A stretch of 64,000 bases of DNA from Nitrospirota bacterium (GTDB lineage: Bacteria > Nitrospirota > UBA9217). The position numbers and the translations under genes are program-made. The notes under the pieces are model-generated. The model saw nothing but the letters and a program-made list of their open reading frames with translations, had not been told where the DNA came from and did no database searches. Shown here one piece after another: positions 59,747 through 64,000 of this stretch (positions are counted from its first letter, which is position 1; each line of letters begins with the position of its first letter). Location: NCBI GenBank assembly GCA_963840455.1, contig CAWIYV010000014.1, forward strand, positions 160,001-224,000, read 5' to 3'.

Positions 59747-61873
59747 TCAGCCGACGATCTGTCCGATGAAATCGTCCCGCGACATCTCAAAGAGGGACTG
59801 GGGAGGAGCGAAGCGGTCCCCGTATTGCGCCGCGTAGGCGTCGAGCCGCTCGACGATATACTTTGCCCCGAGGCTTTCCGCGTACCTGAGCAGGCCGCCG
59901 CGGAACGGCGGGAACCCGATGCCGAAGACCAGCGCTGCGTCCAGCAGGTCCGGCCGGTCGATGATCCCGGCCTCGAGGCAGAGGACAGCCTCCTTGATCA
60001 TCAGGAACACCGCTCGTTCGACGATCTCCTGTTCCGGGATCCATCCCTCGTTCTTCGCCCGCTTCGGCAGAAAGCTGTATACGAGGGGGCTGGCTCCGCC
60101 TCGTTTTCCGTGCAGGTAGAGATAAAATCCCCTCCCGTTCTTCTTGCCGTAGAAATTGTTCTGATAGAGCTTCTCAAGGAGGGGGGATGCCGTTATGCGT
60201 TCGCCCAGTCCCTCGCGAAGGATTCCGGAGACCTTGTGCGCGATGTCGATGCCGATCTCGTCCAGCAGGATGAAGGCGCCCATGGGCATGCCGAAGTTCA
60301 GGAGCGCATGGTCGATCTCCTCGATCCTGCTCCCTTCTTCCAGCATGCGGAGCGCCTCGCCCAGATAGGGCATGAGGATGCGGTTCACCAGGAACCCCGG
60401 GCCGTCGTTCACGACCACCGGGAGCTTGCCAAGCCTCCGGGACAAGGCAGCGACGGCGGCGACGGTCTCGGGCGATGTTCGTTTTCCCCGGACCACCTCC
60501 ACGAGCGGCATTTTCTCCACAGGATTGAAAAAGTGCATGCCCACCACCTGGCCGGGGCGCGCAGAGACCGTTGCCAGCTCGGTGATGGAGAGCGACGAGG
60601 TGTTCGACGCGAAGAGCGCCCTTTCGTTTGCCGCCTGTTCAAACTCGCGCAGCACGTTCTTCTTGACCTCCATGTTCTCCACGACTGCCTCGACAGCAAG
60701 GTCCACGCCGGTGAAGCCGCTCATGTCCGTTGTCCCCGTGATCCGGTCCATGCCGTCCCGCGCCTGGAGCATATCAAAGATCCCTTTTCTTGACCGCTTT
60801 CTGAAGATCTCGTCCGCAGTTCTGAACCCCGCCGCCACCGCCTTCGGCGTGATGTCCTTCATTCGTATGACAAGGCCCTTCTCGGCGAAGAGCTGGGCGA
60901 TGCCGCCGCCCATGACCCCGGCCCCGATGACTCCGGTCCGGGTTATTGCGAGCGCCGAGGGCTGCTCGCCCTTCTTCAGCGCCTCGTTCAGGAAAAAGAC
61001 GTTGATCAGGTTCTTCGAGACCCCGGAGGTGATGAGGCCTCCGATCACCCTTGCCTCGTTCTCGTAACCGGCCGAACGCCCGTGCGCGAGACCGTGCCGC
61101 ACCGCGTCGAGGGCCGCGGGCGGGGCGGGATAGTTGCCTCGTGTCTCCGCAGCTACGCTGCGCCTCGCCGTCCGGTAGATGAGGGCCCGTGTCAGGGGAG
61201 AACTTTCCAGGATCTTGATGAACAGCGGTCGTTTCGCCCGGATGCCCGAAGGCCTCGGTCTGCCGATCGCCTGCTTTGCGACGCTCACGGCAACGTCCAG
61301 GAGCATCTCGGGGTACGTCACCTCGTCGGCGAGTCCGATCTTCTTCGCTTTTTTCGCATGGACGCTTTTCCCCGTCAGGATCATTTCCAGCGCGTTCGTG
61401 AGCCCCACCAGCCGCGGCAGGCGCTGCGTACCGCCGAAGCCGGGGATGATGCCGATCTTGACCTCCGGCAGGCCGAGGGCGGTCTTCGCGTCATTGCTCA
61501 CCACACGGTGTGAGCAGGCAAGGGCCAGTTCCAGTCCACCGCCCATGCAGGCGCCGTGGATGGCGGCCACGGTCGGGAAGGGAAGCGCCTCGAGCTTGTT
61601 CATGACCGATTGGCCCCTGCGGCTCAGTTCCTCCCCCCGCGTTGCGTCGGTGATGGCGCGGATCTCGGCGATGTCGGCGCCGGCGATGAAAATAGCCGGC
61701 TTACCGCTCCTTACGACGAGCGCCTTGACCTGTTGGTCCGCCGCGAGCTCGTCCAGGAGCCGGTCCAGTTCGTCCATCGCCGGCGTGGTGAGCTTGTTCA
61801 CCTTCTCGCCAGGGAGGTCGAAGGTCAGGACGGCGATGCCAGCTTTGTCTATTTCGTAGCTGAATGCTGACAT
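59747..61873 (-). CDS. fadJ: Fatty acid oxidation complex alpha subunit (enoyl-CoA hydratase / 3-hydroxyacyl-CoA dehydrogenase)
   Basis: FIAGADI, GGGLE, LPEVKIG, GAGVMGGG, SNTSSL, GMHFFNP, GFPPFRGG. Confidence 0.9.
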   Translation of the reverse strand: MSAFSYEIDKAGIAVLTFDLPGEKVNKLTTPAMDELDRLLDELAADQQVKALVVRSGKPAIFIAGADIAEIRAITDATRGEELSRRGQSVMNKLEALPFPTVAAIHGACMGGGLELALACSHRVVSNDAKTALGLPEVKIGIIPGFGGTQRLPRLVGLTNALEMILTGKSVHAKKAKKIGLADEVTYPEMLLDVAVSVAKQAIGRPRPSGIRAKRPLFIKILESSPLTRALIYRTARRSVAAETRGNYPAPPAALDAVRHGLAHGRSAGYENEARVIGGLITSGVSKNLINVFFLNEALKKGEQPSALAITRTGVIGAGVMGGGIAQLFAEKGLVIRMKDITPKAVAAGFRTADEIFRKRSRKGIFDMLQARDGMDRITGTTDMSGFTGVDLAVEAVVENMEVKKNVLREFEQAANERALFASNTSSLSITELATVSARPGQVVGMHFFNPVEKMPLVEVVRGKRTSPETVAAVAALSRRLGKLPVVVNDGPGFLVNRILMPYLGEALRMLEEGSRIEEIDHALLNFGMPMGAFILLDEIGIDIAHKVSGILREGLGERITASPLLEKLYQNNFYGKKNGRGFYLYLHGKRGGASPLVYSFLPKRAKNEGWIPEQEIVERAVFLMIKEAVLCLEAGIIDRPDLLDAALVFGIGFPPFRGGLLRYAESLGAKYIVERLDAYAAQYGDRFAPPQSLFEMSRDDFIGQIVG

Positions 61874-61921
61874 AAAAATACCTCTCTCAGAATAAACAAC
61901 GCATGAATAGGAATAACTCTT

Positions 61922-62063
61922 ACCGCAGAGTGCGCAGAGGTCGCTGAGGAGAACAGATTGAGAAATACTTCCCTTCAACCGATCGGACTTTGCGGCGAGC
62001 CGATTTCGTTGCTTCTCATATTAATAAAGAACTCACTCGGCGTTCTCCGCGATCTCAGTGGTG
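61922..62063. repeat. ACCGCAGAG-type palindromic element
   Basis: accgcagagtgcgcagaggtcgctgag ... ctcggcgttctccgcgatctcagtggt. Confidence 0.8.
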
Positions 62064-62076
62064 AAAATTAATCGCT

Positions 62077-63360
62077 TTACAATCTTTCCACGATCATCGC
62101 GCCGCCCTGGCCGCCGCCGATGCACATGGTGGCGAGTCCGGTGGCAAGCCCCCGCCGCTCCATCTCCTTGAGCAGCGTGATCACGATGCGGAGACCCGAC
62201 GAGCCGACAGGGTGTCCCAGAGCAATAGCGCCGCCATTCACGTTCATGATGTCCCGCCGAAACTCACCGATGGGCTCCTCTCCGGACAGATGCTTCCGGA
62301 AGAACTCCTTCGATACCGCAGCTTTCTCGCAGGCGATCACCTGGGCGGCGAAGGCCTCATTCAGTTCGATGAGCTCGATGTCATGGATCTTCATGCCCGC
62401 AAGCTTCAGCGCTTTGTGCGTGGAAAAAACCGGTCCGAGGCCCATCCTTGAAGGGTCGTTTCCCGCAAAGGCGAAGGCCTTGATCCGCCCCAGGGGCTTG
62501 TACCCCAGCTCCTTTGCCCGGTCGGCGCCCATGATGAGCGCTGCCGCGCCGCCGTCGGTGATGGGGGACGAGTTCCCCGGCGTGACCGTCCCGTACTTCC
62601 TGTCGAAATAGGGCTTGAGACGCGCCAGGTCCTCCAGGGTCTGATGTTTGCGCGGGCCGACGTCCTCTTCCACGGCCTCGAACTTCGGCGGCGCGTAGAA
62701 TGCTGCGATCTCGTTCCTGAACTTCCCCGCCTCGTTCGCCGCCGTCCACTTCTGATGGCTCCAGAGCGCGAACTCGTCCTGTTCCCGCCGCGTGATCCCG
62801 AAGTCTCGCGCCAGGTTCTCTGCGGTCTGGCCCATGTTCAGCCCCGAGACAGGGTCCGTGAGGCCCAGCGTGAGGCCCACGACCGGCACGAGGTCCTTGG
62901 GGCGGATGGACAGGGCTGCCGAGGCCTTGCCCCAGAGCGTCTTCGAACGCCCGATCCGGGTGAAGATCTCCTTCAGTCGCTTCGTGGTGTAGAACCCGAA
63001 ATTGGACATGGATTCGACGCCCGCGACGACAATGATGTCCGAGAGGCCTGCAGTGATCTGGGCGTAGGCGCTGGCGGCTGCCTGCATGCCCGATGCGCAG
63101 TTCCGCTGCACGCTGTAGGCGGGTACGCGCCGGGGGATGCCGGCGCGGAGAGCGATGACCCGGCCGATGTTCGCGGCCTCAGCCGGCATGCCGGCGTTTC
63201 CTACGATGACCTCGTCCACGCGCTCCGGGTCGATGCCGGTCCGGGCCACGATCTCCTTGATCACAAAGGCGCCCAGCGCGTCAGCGGGAACATCCTTGAG
63301 AGCCGTTCCAACCTTTGCGTAGGGTGTACGTATGCCGTCTATGATGACGATGTCTTTCAT
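62077..63360 (-). CDS. fadI: Acetyl-CoA C-acyltransferase (thiolase, FadI-like)
   Basis: RNCASG, NEAFA, GAIALGHP, CIGGGQG. Confidence 0.88.
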   Translation of the reverse strand: MKDIVIIDGIRTPYAKVGTALKDVPADALGAFVIKEIVARTGIDPERVDEVIVGNAGMPAEAANIGRVIALRAGIPRRVPAYSVQRNCASGMQAAASAYAQITAGLSDIIVVAGVESMSNFGFYTTKRLKEIFTRIGRSKTLWGKASAALSIRPKDLVPVVGLTLGLTDPVSGLNMGQTAENLARDFGITRREQDEFALWSHQKWTAANEAGKFRNEIAAFYAPPKFEAVEEDVGPRKHQTLEDLARLKPYFDRKYGTVTPGNSSPITDGGAAALIMGADRAKELGYKPLGRIKAFAFAGNDPSRMGLGPVFSTHKALKLAGMKIHDIELIELNEAFAAQVIACEKAAVSKEFFRKHLSGEEPIGEFRRDIMNVNGGAIALGHPVGSSGLRIVITLLKEMERRGLATGLATMCIGGGQGGAMIVERL

Positions 63361-63374
63361 AACATTACCTCTTA

Positions 63375-63504
63375 ACCACGAATGAACACGGATAAGACAC
63401 GACGCAACGGCATTTTACCGCAGAGGACGCAGAGCTCGCAGAGAAATGACTTAGGAAGTTTTCATTCAAGGCTGTTTCTCTGCGGTCTCAGCGATCTCAG
63501 CGGT
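63375..63504. repeat. ACCGCAGAG-type palindromic element plus solo CACGAAT arm
   Basis: accacgaatgaacacggat; accgcagaggacgcagagctcgcagaga ... tctctgcggtctcagcgatctcagcggt. Confidence 0.8.
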
Positions 63505-63512
63505 GGACAGTT

Positions 63513-64000
63513 CTATATCTGCTCCTTGATCCCGAGCTTGTTCCGCTCCTCGTCGCGCAGGACCCGCCGGAGCACCTTGCCCACCAGGGTCTTGGGGAGC
63601 TGGTCGCGGAACTCGATCTCCTTCGGGACCTTGAACTTGGACAGCTCGGCCTTGCAGAACTCGATGATCTCCTCGGCTGTTGCGGTCTGTCCCTCCTTCA
63701 GGACGATGAAGGCCTTGATCTTCTCTCCCATGTACTCCTCGTGCGGAAGGCCGACGACCACGGCGTCCTTCACCTTGGGGTGCGAGAAGAGCACCTCTTC
63801 GATCTCCCGGGGGTACACGTTTTCGCCCACGGTCTTGATCATGTCCTTGATGCGGTCCACGATCATGAAATACCCTTCCTCGTCGCGCTTCGCGATGTCT
63901 CCCGTGTGGAGCCAGCCGCCCCGGAGCGCCTGGGCGGTCTCCTCCGGCTTGTTCCAGTAGCCTTTCATGACCTGCGGGCCCCGGACCACGAGCTCGCCGG
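63513..64000 (-). CDS. fadD: Long-chain fatty acid-CoA ligase, C-terminal part (5'-truncated by window edge)
   Basis: [39 protein letters not shown]. Confidence 0.9.
   Translation of the reverse strand, partial: GELVVRGPQVMKGYWNKPEETAQALRGGWLHTGDIAKRDEEGYFMIVDRIKDMIKTVGENVYPREIEEVLFSHPKVKDAVVVGLPHEEYMGEKIKAFIVLKEGQTATAEEIIEFCKAELSKFKVPKEIEFRDQLPKTLVGKVLRRVLRDEERNKLGIKEQI

Overview
GC-rich bacterial chromosomal window. Gene content and style suggest an anaerobic or facultative Nitrospirota/Desulfobacterota-like organism (inference only). Core genes: tig-clpP-clpX-engB; a minus-strand E. coli-type nuo operon (A,B,CD,E,F,G,H,I,J,K,N; nuoL and nuoM absent) followed by transketolase; fkpA; nagZ; hpt; a truncated T2SS/pilus cluster; polyprenyl synthase; a B12-radical SAM plus type III PKS pair; and a fadD-thiolase-fadJ beta-oxidation operon. 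The most striking non-genic signal is a dense population of short palindromic elements built from 7-9 bp periodic arms. They occupy every non-overlapping gene junction of the nuo operon, are sometimes nested in one another, and sometimes lie in frame inside proteins. One copy, between nuoF and nuoG, carries a GxxExxY PD-(D/E)xK nuclease gene between the same arms that occur empty at neighbouring junctions, which suggests an autonomous/non-autonomous mobile element system. Also seen: an integrase-less attC cassette array at about 39.9-41.3 kb, a six-copy IS200/IS605-like hairpin MITE, a small arginine-rich candidate c-di-GMP-binding protein, and a tandem pair of Cys-rich unknown paralogues. Several single-base frameshifts may be sequencing errors. 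All calls come from reading the sequence; no database searches were run.
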